DNA of 64,000 nucleotides from Wickerhamiella versatilis (Eukaryota): NCBI GenBank assembly GCA_030867685.1, contig JAQOWU010000003.1, positions 682,001 through 746,000 of the forward strand. Reading direction: 5' to 3'. The notes under the pieces are model-generated. The model saw nothing but the letters and a program-made list of their open reading frames with translations. It had not been told where the DNA came from and ran no database searches. The number at the start of each line of letters is the position of its first letter. The first letter of the stretch is position 1. The position numbers and the translations under genes were made by a program. Shown in pieces: positions 39,862 through 50,177 of the stretch.

Positions 39862-42075
39862 ATGCCGCTGCATTTAGCTGAGGATTTGAATCAGTGTCTC
39901 ACGGATATTATCCAGCTTCAACAGGAAATAGGAAGGCTTACAGACTCGATAGTGGCCCAACAAAACATAGTCGGAACTCTTCAGAAACGTTTAATTGAGT
40001 ACCTTGAGAATCAAAACAGGGAAGTAGCCTTCGCAACAGTGGGCAGTGAGAGGAGACCAATATCGCCTCTACAAGTGTTGAAAGCCGCTGAGACTGGAGG
40101 TAACCGCAATTCCCAATTAAGTCTATACAAAAAACCACGTGCAGTCCCTGAGTGCGCAAATACCATCCGCCTCCCGAATAGCCCAGAGGTTGACGAAGAT
40201 TTATCCACGCATTCCGGAAAAAGCATTGAAACCGATACAGAAGACAGTGGAACATCTCCAACTAAATTGAAAGACTTGGATATACGTAGTAGCTCTTTCA
40301 ACTCGGTATTCTCTGAAATGAGCTCACAACATTCGGGACCTGACGGGAATTTAATGGATCCCGTAATGGAGCTGCAAGAAAGTGAGAAATTCTCTATCAG
40401 AGTAGAAATAGGTCTCCTTGGAAGATTGCCAGCAAAGATGAAACCGCACAGCCAGGAGGAACCTGTAGCCGTCTTTGTTGCCGTAGACCTGGAAGGAAAA
40501 AATAAATGGCGATTTATAAAAGACCGCAATCAGCTATATAGCCTTGATATTCAATTGCGTTCCCTGAACTTTCCAGGAGGACTTCCACAGCTACCTACTC
40601 GTGATTATTTCCAATCTTTCACCCCATGGAAAGTAGACGTTCGAATCGATATGCTGAATGCCTACTTCAATCGCTTGGATGAGATTAGGGAGCATCTCGA
40701 GAGTCAAGGAAACATAACGCAGCAATATAAACTATATCAGCTATTGGTTAGCTTCTCGCGAACAGATCTTGTCGATGTACCACCTCAGCCTACTGTAACC
40801 CAAGGCTTTTTGATGCGCAGGTCTCGCTTCGGACAATGGAAAACCAACTACTACGTATTGAATGGAGTATTTCTCGACATGTTTACACAACCTGAGGGGT
40901 CACATCTTAATACAATCATGCTGGCTGGGGGAGAATGCCGACACCTCCAAGTTCATTTTGATGGAACAGCAGATGATATGCGCTATGCGTTCACAATCAC
41001 AGAAGCACAAACCCAGGGGATCTACCACTTCTCAGCTGAGAATGAGGCTGACAGAACTAGGTGGTTGAACGCTATTAGCGAGAAGATGAGCAAGCATCCA
41101 GGTGATCCAGGTACTGAAGCTAATACGAATATTCCCCTACCATATATCGTATTACCACCTCATCATGGATCATACTGCATTGTTGGTAACCGGAAAGAGG
41201 TTCCACAAGCGCTAAAGTATGACCTCAACTTCACAAAGCCGCAACTACAGGGCCAAGCGCAGTCAAGTGTGAGTATCTCAGCAGCGAGCATCAGTAGACA
41301 ACCATCTCCCGCAAGAAGGATTCCACCATCACCTGAGAGACAACGTCTCCTCGAGCGCGGAAGGCCCCAAATCGTTGGGGGCAATGGTGCGACTTTTGGC
41401 GTCAAGCCTGAGGAAGCTGCATTGCTTCTACGCTCCCCAGACTCACCGACTAAAATTCCAAGTGCTGTGGCTCGGTGTCTTCATCTATTAGACAAGAAAC
41501 GGGGCTATTGCAAAGAGGGGATATTTCGAATTTCAGGTGTTCAAAGTCTTCTGGACGATCTTGAATATGAATTTGACACATGGTCAGATTTCGACCTACT
41601 TGCAGCAGGTGTTGACGTACACACTACTGCTACCTTGTTGAAGAGATACTTTCGAAAACTTCCAGAGCCTTTGATGGGCCTTGAATGGTCTAATACCCAG
41701 GCTCCGAAAATAGCCAAATTAGAACCAGCACAACGCGTCCCTCACTTGCGAAAACGCGTAGCATCTATGCCGGATACTAATAGAAGTGTTTTATATGCCT
41801 TTATACATTTAGTTATGAAGGTCTTGAAACACGAGGCGGATAACAAGATGAGCTGTCATAGTCTTGACATCGTCCTGAAACCCGCCCTTAGTATACCTGC
41901 TGCCATATTGATCAGCCTAGCCGATAATTTTACCACAATATTTGGCGAGCTGGAGCGTCCCCTACCGCCAAATCCATATCGCTCGATATCTTCTCGAGAG
42001 AATAGCCAAGAACCACAATCACCAAAAGTGGGATTTCAATTTGCACCACAACCAGAATCAAGTATAGAAATATAA
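39862..42075 (+). CDS. BEM3: PX-PH-RhoGAP protein, Bem3-like
   Basis: PX-like segment (LPQLP.R..F..P.KVD.R..LN.YF), PH (QGFLMRR..WKTNYYVL..DRTRWLNAI) and RhoGAP (EGIFRISG, LLKRYFRKLPEPL, NKM). Confidence 0.8.
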   Translation: MPLHLAEDLNQCLTDIIQLQQEIGRLTDSIVAQQNIVGTLQKRLIEYLENQNREVAFATVGSERRPISPLQVLKAAETGGNRNSQLSLYKKPRAVPECANTIRLPNSPEVDEDLSTHSGKSIETDTEDSGTSPTKLKDLDIRSSSFNSVFSEMSSQHSGPDGNLMDPVMELQESEKFSIRVEIGLLGRLPAKMKPHSQEEPVAVFVAVDLEGKNKWRFIKDRNQLYSLDIQLRSLNFPGGLPQLPTRDYFQSFTPWKVDVRIDMLNAYFNRLDEIREHLESQGNITQQYKLYQLLVSFSRTDLVDVPPQPTVTQGFLMRRSRFGQWKTNYYVLNGVFLDMFTQPEGSHLNTIMLAGGECRHLQVHFDGTADDMRYAFTITEAQTQGIYHFSAENEADRTRWLNAISEKMSKHPGDPGTEANTNIPLPYIVLPPHHGSYCIVGNRKEVPQALKYDLNFTKPQLQGQAQSSVSISAASISRQPSPARRIPPSPERQRLLERGRPQIVGGNGATFGVKPEEAALLLRSPDSPTKIPSAVARCLHLLDKKRGYCKEGIFRISGVQSLLDDLEYEFDTWSDFDLLAAGVDVHTTATLLKRYFRKLPEPLMGLEWSNTQAPKIAKLEPAQRVPHLRKRVASMPDTNRSVLYAFIHLVMKVLKHEADNKMSCHSLDIVLKPALSIPAAILISLADNFTTIFGELERPLPPNPYRSISSRENSQEPQSPKVGFQFAPQPESSIEI

Positions 42076-42188
42076 ATTGATCAACTTAATTGATACTGGC
42101 CCTAACCAGCATCTAGAAACTAGTGAGAATAAAGCACTGTTTGGTGATATATCCTTCGAAACGAGCGTGCTTCGATCGGTGCTGACAT

Positions 42189-43901
42189 ATGCTACCGGCA
42201 CAGCGAGTGATCGCTAGTAAATATATATTTCCCCAAGCTACGGCAGTAGTCTCGGATTTATCGACTAGGCTGAAGCAACCGGTGGTTTTACATGGGTGGC
42301 TCCATCGAAGAGCCCAAAGATTGGCGAAGTCGCTCACTTTTGGTAAACTTAGAGACCAAGAGGGTAAACTTGTTCAAATCGTCGACACTCATAATCAGCT
42401 GGGAAAACTGAAAATGGACTCAAGTATAGCAGTAGAAGGCATTCCGCGAACTACAAATTCAGGAGATATTGAGGTATCGGTTTCTAAGATTCATGTGCTT
42501 AACGAGGCTAATAATATTCCAACCGAAATTGCTGGTGCAAAATCATGGCCCCCAGAATATCGATATATTCAGCTAAGGCAACCAAATCTTCAGAGTGTGA
42601 TACGTAAACGAGCTGCTATTGTACGAACTGCACGCAAAATCCTGGATGACCATCGTTTTACCGAGGTCGAGACCCCACTCCTCTTTAAGTCTACTCCAGA
42701 AGGTGCTCGCGAATTCCTAGTTCCCACAAGGCGGAAGGAATTTTTTTATGCCCTCCCTCAAAGCCCACAACAATATAAACAGCTTTTGATGGCTGGTGGT
42801 TTAGATCGCTACTATCAAGTTGCCAAGTGCTTTCGCGATGAGGACCTTCGCGCAGATCGCCAGCCAGAGTTCACGCAAGTAGACGTGGAAATGGCTTTTT
42901 CCGGAGCTGATGAGGTTCAAAAAGTAATCACAGATGTAGTCGAGGCCTGCTGGGCTGAACACTCTGAGGTTCCACTTTATTTGCAAGGACACCTTAAATA
43001 TGATGATGCAATTGCGCGGTTTGGTATCGATAAGCCTGATCTCAGGAGCTCCCTTGAGATAAAAAGGCTTCCAGCCACCGCCATCACCCATAAGGAATAT
43101 CCAGTATTTGAAGCACTGGTTCTCGAAGACGTTTCTAGCGATATACGGCCAGATCAATTCGCGTCTAGAATGCCATTTATTGTCCCGGTTGAATCCGAAT
43201 CTCAATTAAAGCAAGCTGCTTCAAAAGTTGCATCTTGGGAGAGCTGGGATGAAGTATACAGGTCCCTAGGTGAGCCCAAGTCTGGTAGCGTTGTCGCTTT
43301 CGGTGACCGTCAGGAACGCAGCTACGAAAACCCCACGCCACTTGGTCGTCTTAGGCAACTAGTTGCGAAGCCTGATACGTCTAAATCTGTTGGTGCTTGG
43401 GTTCACCGGTTTCCACTGTTTGAACCTACAGACATAGCCAGCAAGGGTGCAGCATACCCGGAATATGACACTTCTTGCCTGAACGCCACGCATCACCCTT
43501 TTACAATGGTATCATTGGCTGATTATGAACTTTTACAAAACGACCCACTCGCATGCCATGGGATGCATTATGATCTTGTAATTGACGGGGTTGAACTTGG
43601 AGGCGGTAGTACCCGTATTCACGACCCAGCTTTGCAGCGTTTTGTACTAGAGGATGTGTTGAAAATCAAGAATTGTGATCGTCTTTTCGGCCATCTTCTC
43701 AAGGCTCTCGATACCGGCTGCCCCCCACATGCTGGTTTGGCTTTGGGTCTTGACCGGATGGTTGCAATGCTTTGTGGTGTGCCCTCCGTCAGAGATGTCA
43801 TTGCCTTTCCTAAAACAATGGCAGGTATAGATCCAATGATTGGCAGTCCTTCGCGCATTAAGGGTGAACAACTCAAGCCTTATCATATCCGTGTCGGTTA
43901 G
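42189..43901 (+). CDS. MSD1: Mitochondrial aspartyl-tRNA synthetase
   Basis: ETPLLFKSTPEGAREFLVP, LPQSPQQYKQLLM, CFRDEDLRADRQPEFTQ and PPHAGLALGLDR. Confidence 0.95.
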   Translation: MLPAQRVIASKYIFPQATAVVSDLSTRLKQPVVLHGWLHRRAQRLAKSLTFGKLRDQEGKLVQIVDTHNQLGKLKMDSSIAVEGIPRTTNSGDIEVSVSKIHVLNEANNIPTEIAGAKSWPPEYRYIQLRQPNLQSVIRKRAAIVRTARKILDDHRFTEVETPLLFKSTPEGAREFLVPTRRKEFFYALPQSPQQYKQLLMAGGLDRYYQVAKCFRDEDLRADRQPEFTQVDVEMAFSGADEVQKVITDVVEACWAEHSEVPLYLQGHLKYDDAIARFGIDKPDLRSSLEIKRLPATAITHKEYPVFEALVLEDVSSDIRPDQFASRMPFIVPVESESQLKQAASKVASWESWDEVYRSLGEPKSGSVVAFGDRQERSYENPTPLGRLRQLVAKPDTSKSVGAWVHRFPLFEPTDIASKGAAYPEYDTSCLNATHHPFTMVSLADYELLQNDPLACHGMHYDLVIDGVELGGGSTRIHDPALQRFVLEDVLKIKNCDRLFGHLLKALDTGCPPHAGLALGLDRMVAMLCGVPSVRDVIAFPKTMAGIDPMIGSPSRIKGEQLKPYHIRVG

Positions 43902-44348
43902 CGCTTGAGAAAAGTCCATAATTTGGCATGAACTATAATAGGTCGAATTGTACATATTTTTGCCACATTTTTTCAAAGATTCGGCCCCACTTCTTGTATT
44001 GATAGTATTCTAAGGCTCTTTTATTTATATCCTGGCTATTCTTCGCCCGCCTGCTCAATGTTTCACTGCTGCTCTATGGCCTTGATAATTATGCATTCCT
44101 CACTATGATACTAATAATAACAAAACAAGGTAGCATGGGTTTAGGTGTACCATCAAATCTTGGACTGATAAATGGCATTAAATAAGTAACGTGAAAATCA
44201 AGCCTACAAAGAGTTGAATGAAAACCATTGATAATTGGTATGAATTAATACTCTATAAATAAATCGCACAGCAAAATGTCGAAGAATGCCACTCTCTACT
44301 TAGTTACTGCACCTCGGCCCATCTAGCAGTTAATGATAGAGCTGAGTC

Positions 44349-47300
44349 ATGGCCAAAAAAGGCAAAAAGGCGCCGGCGCCAGCGCCGACACCAAGCCATG
44401 AACCGGTAGAACTAACGCCAAAACAAGCTAAGGAAAAGCGGCGTGAGGAAGCTCGTGCAAGGGCTGCAGAAACTCGTAAGATTGTAACTGCCGGTACTAC
44501 AGCTTGGACTGGAAAATTACCGGCACAACTTTTGAACGAGCATTGCGCGAAACTCCACTGGGAGAGGGTAGAGTATCCTTGTAAGGGATCAGAAAACTCT
44601 TTTCAAGCAGGTGTTGTTCTCTCAAAGCGTAATCCTAAAACAAAAGAGATTGAAAGGATTCGTATTGATCCACACATGCAACCCCAACATACTGCAGTGG
44701 AAGCCCGTCATATTGCAGCAACTTATGCTCTTCACCGTATTGCATCTCATAAGAACATGAAATTAATGCTTCCACCCGGACATAGGGATCTCTGGGTATC
44801 GCTCGATGAAGAAAAAGCTGCGGCACCGAAGCATAGTCAATGGCGATGGTCTGAGGATCCGTTTGCAGCAAGAGAAGCGCATGCACAGGAACAGAAGGAG
44901 TTTGAAGAGAACCGGAGATATGCACGTGAGCGTCAGAAGAAAGAAAGTATTCGGCATGCATTTCTCCCCGCAGGGCGGAAGATTAGATTCAACACTTCAT
45001 TGTCCATGTCGCGTTCGTTGCGGGAGTATGTGGAAGATGTATTGAGGGAATGTCGTGGCTTCAGATTTTCTAAAAATAATGGTATCTCTGATACCAACCC
45101 AGAATATGATTCACTATTCGAAATTCTTACGAACTTGGGGTTTGTAAAGGCTCAAGCAGAAGAAGCACTAAGATATACATCGACACCTAGTGATGCTCTT
45201 GTATGGCTTCTTGTGCATGTACCAGAGGATGATTTACCTCCACAATTCCATCCTACTGGTGCCGGTAGTGTCTCAGCTCGTGTTACAAAGTCTCTTGATA
45301 TTGAGAGACAGGTAGCGAAGATTCACAGTTTTGGATATTCTGATGCTGTGGCACGAGCAGCACTGGCCGAATCAGCTGGGTCTCTTGGCCAAACAATTGT
45401 CAAATTAACCCACCAATTGGCCCAAGTCCCTTCTGCGGAGCCCTCAGAATTGAGTGAAGAGACGTGGATGTCAGAATGTGAGAGTCTCAATAGTATCTAT
45501 ACAAACTTTAATTTTGACAAAGATTCTGCCAGCCTACACTTGGATGATTGCAACTTGAAAATCATTTTTTTTCGCCCAAGTGGATATCCTAACACGATTC
45601 CTGGCATAGCTCTAGAATGTCAGGGTGTTCCAAAGTACGTCATATTGGATGCAACTCGCCAAGCAGGCAAGCGTGTAGCAGATATTGTCGGTGATTTTAT
45701 GCTTTCAGAAGTAATTTTGTTTCTGGAGGAAAACTTTGCGGCTATCGTCGAGTCTCCTTGCGAGTTGACGAAGATATCATCTGGAATAAGTGGTATAGAG
45801 GAAAGTTCCCAGGTTTCTGAACAGCCAAAAAAGGCTCAAGGGCATAAGAAGTATTCACTCAAACCAGATCCAAGCACGAAAGAGAGGTATGATACTAGAA
45901 TGGACAGCGAAAAGGGCCGAGATATGCTCCGACAACGAGAACTATTGCCTGCGTGGAAACAAAGTACCAAAATTGCAAAGCTCATTGAGTCTCATCAAGT
46001 TACATTGGTCACCGGAGAAACAGGTTCCGGTAAAAGTACCCAAGTGGTTCAATTCATCGCTGATTCTTGTCCAAACTCGTTAGTAGTTTGTACCCAACCC
46101 AGAAGGATTTCTGCTATTGGCGTGGCATCCCGAGTGGCTGACGAACGTCTAGCCAGTCTAGGTCAAGATGTGGGATATGTGATTCGAGGGGAAACCAAGG
46201 CCATGTCTTCAACACAAATTCGCTTCGTGACGGCTGGTATACTGCTTCGGATGATTCAACAGGAATCTATTCGTGGTATCACACACATAGTTGTGGACGA
46301 GGTACATGAAAGATCCCTTGATGGAGACTTTCTACTCATTTTACTTAAAAGACTGGTGAAGCATTCGAATGTAAAGGTGATTCTTATGTCTGCGACTGTT
46401 AACCCTCAGCAATTCCTCGATTATTATGGCGGCAAAGTTGGTTATGCGCATATCGAAGGTCGTACATTTCCTGTGAAGTCTGTTTACCTGGATGAAATAT
46501 TGGCCATGACTAGATATGTTCCTCAGAGGCTTATGGAAAATAGCCCGGAGGGTGATTCCATCGACCCTGTTCGCGATCTCGGCCGGATCATAATCGCTCT
46601 CAAAGATGCCCTGGATTACCATTTAATAGCCAAAATTGTCGATTATATCCATGGATCACTTGGTTCTGAGAATGGTTCGATATTGATATTTATGAGTGGT
46701 GTGGCTGAGATCGACAGGACTATCAGGTCAATAGCACAGCTACCGAATTCTGCACAATTCTGGTCACTCCCTTTGCATGCTGCACTCACGCCTAAAGAGC
46801 AAAAGAGAGTGTTTGAGAGTGCTCCTCATGGCAAGCGCAAAGTGGTAGTTTCGACAAATATTGCGGAAACATCTATTACCATATCTGATGTTGTAGCCGT
46901 CGTAGACAGTGGTCGTGTAAAGCAAACAATCTTTGACCCGAGTTCCAATGCGACAAAACTTGTTGATACATTGACTTCGCAGGCAGCCGCAGCACAGCGA
47001 ATGGGACGAGCTGGTCGAGTAAGACCTGGAGTCTGTTATAAAATGTATACCAAGTCCTACGAGCAGGAACGGATGGAACTTCGACCACCACCGGAGATGC
47101 TGAGGTCATCTCTGGAGGTTTTATATTTGCAAGTCAAGGCAATGGGTGTAACAGATGTGGCTAAATTTTTGGATGGCGCCTTGGACCCACCAGATGCTTC
47201 AGCTATCAAAGCAGCGCGCTACACGCTTACCACAATTGGAGCACTAGATTCCCATGGGGACAAGCTAACCCCACTCGGGAAGCATATGGCATTAATTCCT

Positions 47301-48179
47301 ACAGATCCCCGTTTAGCCAAGCTTCTAGTTTTAGGAGCTATGTTCGGATGTTTACCTCGGGCACTTACAGTGGCAGCAATTCATAGTACGAAGTCACCTT
47401 TCTTATCACCAAAAGATAAACTTGAGGAGGCAAAACTTCTTCAAAAAGAGCTATTTGGTCGAGATGAGCAAGGGGACATATTAGCGGCGGTAAGAGCCTT
47501 TGAGGCTGCCGATTCACCAAGATGGTGTTCCAATAATTTCGTATCATGGAGTGCAGTTCGAGATATTGGAAATGCCCGACGGCAGCTGCTTGCATCTCTT
47601 GTACAAATAGGTTTTCTCGAGACAGATTTGGAGCGTGAACTTCCTGTCTCCACCACCCGTTACAATGATGATTTAAAGGTCCTGAGAACTATTATAGGAG
47701 CATCCATGCAACTATGCGAAATCGTCTATCCGACAAATTCATTTAAGAGTACATCTGCAGGCTCTATCGAGGTGGATCCGGAGGCACGGCTTATTCGCTA
47801 CTTCTTGCCAGAGGGGCCGCGGGTTTTCATACACCCTGGTTCTCAACTATTTGGGACAAAGAAATTTGTAGATGACGCTCATTACTTGGCGTTTGGGTCG
47901 CAAGTGATTTCCACAAAACATTACATTACCAATTGCAGCCCTTGTCCCGCTTGGAGTGTAGTTCTCTTTGGCTCAAAGCTTTCTATTGATCCCCTGGGTG
48001 GAGGCATCATTATAGATGACTGGACTGGTATCCAGTGTCTTCCCCGGGTCGGCGTCCTCATACAATTTTTGCAGCGGTTATTCGGTGAGCTATTGACAAA
48101 AAAATTCGAAGAACCTGGTTTAGATATTTCTACAAGCATCGTTTTACAGTGTTTCTACCGGGTCATTGCCTCAGAGTAA
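44349..48179 (+). CDS. DEAH-box RNA helicase, YLR419W/Ucp12/DHX57-like
   Basis: N-terminal WTGKLP dsRBD-like region, UBA- and RWD-like segments, GETGSGKST, DEVH, SAT, QRMGRAGR and HA2. Confidence 0.88.
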   Translation: MAKKGKKAPAPAPTPSHEPVELTPKQAKEKRREEARARAAETRKIVTAGTTAWTGKLPAQLLNEHCAKLHWERVEYPCKGSENSFQAGVVLSKRNPKTKEIERIRIDPHMQPQHTAVEARHIAATYALHRIASHKNMKLMLPPGHRDLWVSLDEEKAAAPKHSQWRWSEDPFAAREAHAQEQKEFEENRRYARERQKKESIRHAFLPAGRKIRFNTSLSMSRSLREYVEDVLRECRGFRFSKNNGISDTNPEYDSLFEILTNLGFVKAQAEEALRYTSTPSDALVWLLVHVPEDDLPPQFHPTGAGSVSARVTKSLDIERQVAKIHSFGYSDAVARAALAESAGSLGQTIVKLTHQLAQVPSAEPSELSEETWMSECESLNSIYTNFNFDKDSASLHLDDCNLKIIFFRPSGYPNTIPGIALECQGVPKYVILDATRQAGKRVADIVGDFMLSEVILFLEENFAAIVESPCELTKISSGISGIEESSQVSEQPKKAQGHKKYSLKPDPSTKERYDTRMDSEKGRDMLRQRELLPAWKQSTKIAKLIESHQVTLVTGETGSGKSTQVVQFIADSCPNSLVVCTQPRRISAIGVASRVADERLASLGQDVGYVIRGETKAMSSTQIRFVTAGILLRMIQQESIRGITHIVVDEVHERSLDGDFLLILLKRLVKHSNVKVILMSATVNPQQFLDYYGGKVGYAHIEGRTFPVKSVYLDEILAMTRYVPQRLMENSPEGDSIDPVRDLGRIIIALKDALDYHLIAKIVDYIHGSLGSENGSILIFMSGVAEIDRTIRSIAQLPNSAQFWSLPLHAALTPKEQKRVFESAPHGKRKVVVSTNIAETSITISDVVAVVDSGRVKQTIFDPSSNATKLVDTLTSQAAAAQRMGRAGRVRPGVCYKMYTKSYEQERMELRPPPEMLRSSLEVLYLQVKAMGVTDVAKFLDGALDPPDASAIKAARYTLTTIGALDSHGDKLTPLGKHMALIPTDPRLAKLLVLGAMFGCLPRALTVAAIHSTKSPFLSPKDKLEEAKLLQKELFGRDEQGDILAAVRAFEAADSPRWCSNNFVSWSAVRDIGNARRQLLASLVQIGFLETDLERELPVSTTRYNDDLKVLRTIIGASMQLCEIVYPTNSFKSTSAGSIEVDPEARLIRYFLPEGPRVFIHPGSQLFGTKKFVDDAHYLAFGSQVISTKHYITNCSPCPAWSVVLFGSKLSIDPLGGGIIIDDWTGIQCLPRVGVLIQFLQRLFGELLTKKFEEPGLDISTSIVLQCFYRVIASE

Positions 48180-48416
48180 CTTATAGATTATATGGTCAGC
48201 TCTTAAATTGGAGGCTGAATGAAATATATATGTATAGAGAAAATTCGGAGTCTTCTCTCTTCCTTGGCACTAGAATCGTGTATCTAAGCTATATGAAGTC
48301 ATGCGAAGGCGTCATAACTTTGACTTTCCTATAAGGTTATGCCTTCCAAACAAGGAAATGCCTACGGCGTGTCAATATAGACTCGCCTGGGGTATCATAA
48401 GGAACCCACAAGATTA

Positions 48417-49250
48417 ATGCGCTTCCTGACGGACGCAATAGTCTTGGCAGTCGCTGCCGCTGAAATTGGCCTGAGTGTGCATTCTTCCATTGAGGAATTA
48501 TCAGAAAAGCCTGTACGTATTGTCGATGGCACTTTGGTCGTCGGTGGAGAATTTGGACCCATACTTCAAGCAAACTTTGTAAATGGATCTATGATTTTAA
48601 GCGATCGGGTGGTTTCGCAGTCCGCTTTCGGTGCTGGCATCAGCGTGAACCAGGATGACGGAATGCTCTCTATTGCGTACAAGCCAAGCCAAGGTTTTTT
48701 CGACCGCAATGGCTGGCTCGAGTTTGATGGAATGGCGCTTTTTGGAGTGAAAAATGATACCAATGGGTGGCACTTATACGCTAACAGGCCAGATCTGCAG
48801 GATGAAGAGCCTGTACTACTACAGTTAGCAGCACTAGTATATCCCGGCAGTACTATGCATGAAATCCAATCCTTTGCTAACACGACAGCCAGTACCCAAT
48901 TAGCCACCACTGAGGCTTATGGTGATGACGGCCGTGTACCTGTTACATCACCGGCTAGCTCTCAACTTCAAAAAGCGATAACATCCCGACAAATCGCTAC
49001 ACCCATATCCTCAAAAGAAGGGCACTGGGTTGCAAAGGAAATAACTACCCGCGAGCATGCCACCCCAATTTCATCGAAGGAGGGTCGCGTCGCAGCAAGT
49101 GCGAGTGGTGGCCTGAACCAGACTTCATCATCGCAAACGAGTCCTAGCAAATACGTTTATTCCGGAGGGTCTGTCGTCAAATCACCTGGAGATGTTAAAG
49201 CTACATTTAAATTCTCAGCTGCTCACTTCGCCCGCCAGAGGCAACAGTGA
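48417..49250 (+). CDS. Secreted/cell-wall protein with short internal repeat
   Basis: Signal peptide MRFLTDAIVLAVAAA, Gly-rich beta region, S/T-rich second half and duplicated IT.R..ATPISSKEG. Confidence 0.65.
   Translation: MRFLTDAIVLAVAAAEIGLSVHSSIEELSEKPVRIVDGTLVVGGEFGPILQANFVNGSMILSDRVVSQSAFGAGISVNQDDGMLSIAYKPSQGFFDRNGWLEFDGMALFGVKNDTNGWHLYANRPDLQDEEPVLLQLAALVYPGSTMHEIQSFANTTASTQLATTEAYGDDGRVPVTSPASSQLQKAITSRQIATPISSKEGHWVAKEITTREHATPISSKEGRVAASASGGLNQTSSSQTSPSKYVYSGGSVVKSPGDVKATFKFSAAHFARQRQQ
48978..49088 (+). repeat. Two diverged coding repeats with 63-nt period
   Basis: ITSRQIATPISSKEGH at 48978 and ITTREHATPISSKEGR at 49041, with many synonymous differences. Confidence 0.7.
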
Positions 49251-49289
49251 GCCTCGACTTAGAAATCGAGTTCGCCAAGAGGTTAGGTA

Positions 49290-49709
49290 ATGATTGCACG
49301 ACGCTTCTTTTCATCCTCGGCTTTTGTACGTCAAATGGAGTTTGTATCCACCAAGCTAGCTCCCCCGCCTGCCGCAGCATATAGTCAGGCAACTAAGTAT
49401 GGTGGTATCCTCTATGTATCCGGCCAGGTCCCCCTCACAGTTCAGAACAAAATGATCGAGGGAGATATCAAGGCCAAAGCGCAGCAGTGCTTTGACAACC
49501 TCGGGGCAATCTTGAAAGAGGGTGGCTCTGCACCTAACAAGGTCCTCAAGATCAATGTGTTTGCAACTGACATTGCCAACTTCGGAGCAATCAATCAGGT
49601 TTACTCGGGTTTCTTTGGCTCCCACAAGCCAGCACGCTCGTTCGTTAGCGTAAGGGACCTTCCACTTGGCTCTGATGTCGAGGTTGAAGCTATTGCTGCA
49701 ACCGAGTAG
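49290..49709 (+). CDS. MMF1: RidA/YjgF family enamine deaminase (Mmf1/Hmf1)
   Basis: YSQA, YVSGQVP, HKPARS and LPLGSDVEVEAIA. N-terminal presequence MIARRFFSSSAFVRQ followed by a second Met. Confidence 0.93.
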   Translation: MIARRFFSSSAFVRQMEFVSTKLAPPPAAAYSQATKYGGILYVSGQVPLTVQNKMIEGDIKAKAQQCFDNLGAILKEGGSAPNKVLKINVFATDIANFGAINQVYSGFFGSHKPARSFVSVRDLPLGSDVEVEAIAATE

Positions 49710-49791
49710 GTTTAGGGTTCGTAGTGATTTAGTTTACTCACGTAAATTTTTGTTTCGTGCACTAGAACGTAGATATACGAACAAGGCAGAT

Positions 49792-49840
49792 ATGTTTTGT
49801 TCGTCCCTGCTTAAGAAGGGTGTCTCCCATGTGCGTTACG
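49792..49840 (+). CDS. IDP1: Upstream coding exon of NADP-isocitrate dehydrogenase (mitochondrial presequence)
   Basis: ATG..TAC G|GTAAGT encodes MFCSSLLKKGVSHVRY plus 1 nt, and splices in frame to 50178. Confidence 0.8.
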
Positions 49841-50177
49841 GTAAGTTATTGAACCAGAATCGACGACGATTTGCAAACAGGTGAGCTGAGGTCGGAATCC
49901 GGTGAGAAAATCATATTTTCTCGGGCAGATTGTATTGCTTAATGGCTATCTGCTTTAAGGGTGATGTCTCTTTTCTAGGTTAAGTCCACAAACTGCATCT
50001 TCCTTCTCTTTTGCTATACTTGCCTTGTTGTCGTGACAAGAGCGACAACAACGCAAGGTGTTGATACCATAATCTACCCTAACCTTTCCGGCTTTCGGCC
50101 GACATCTCCACCTATTCAGCCCAATCAGACGCCGTCCCTTTCTGAATCATTGTGAACAGCGAACTAACAAATGGCAG
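49841..50177 (+). other. Spliceosomal intron (337 nt)
   Basis: Donor GTAAGT at 49841, branch point ACTAAC at 50163-50168 and acceptor CAG at 50175-50177. The phase-1 junction restores the IDP frame. Confidence 0.8.
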
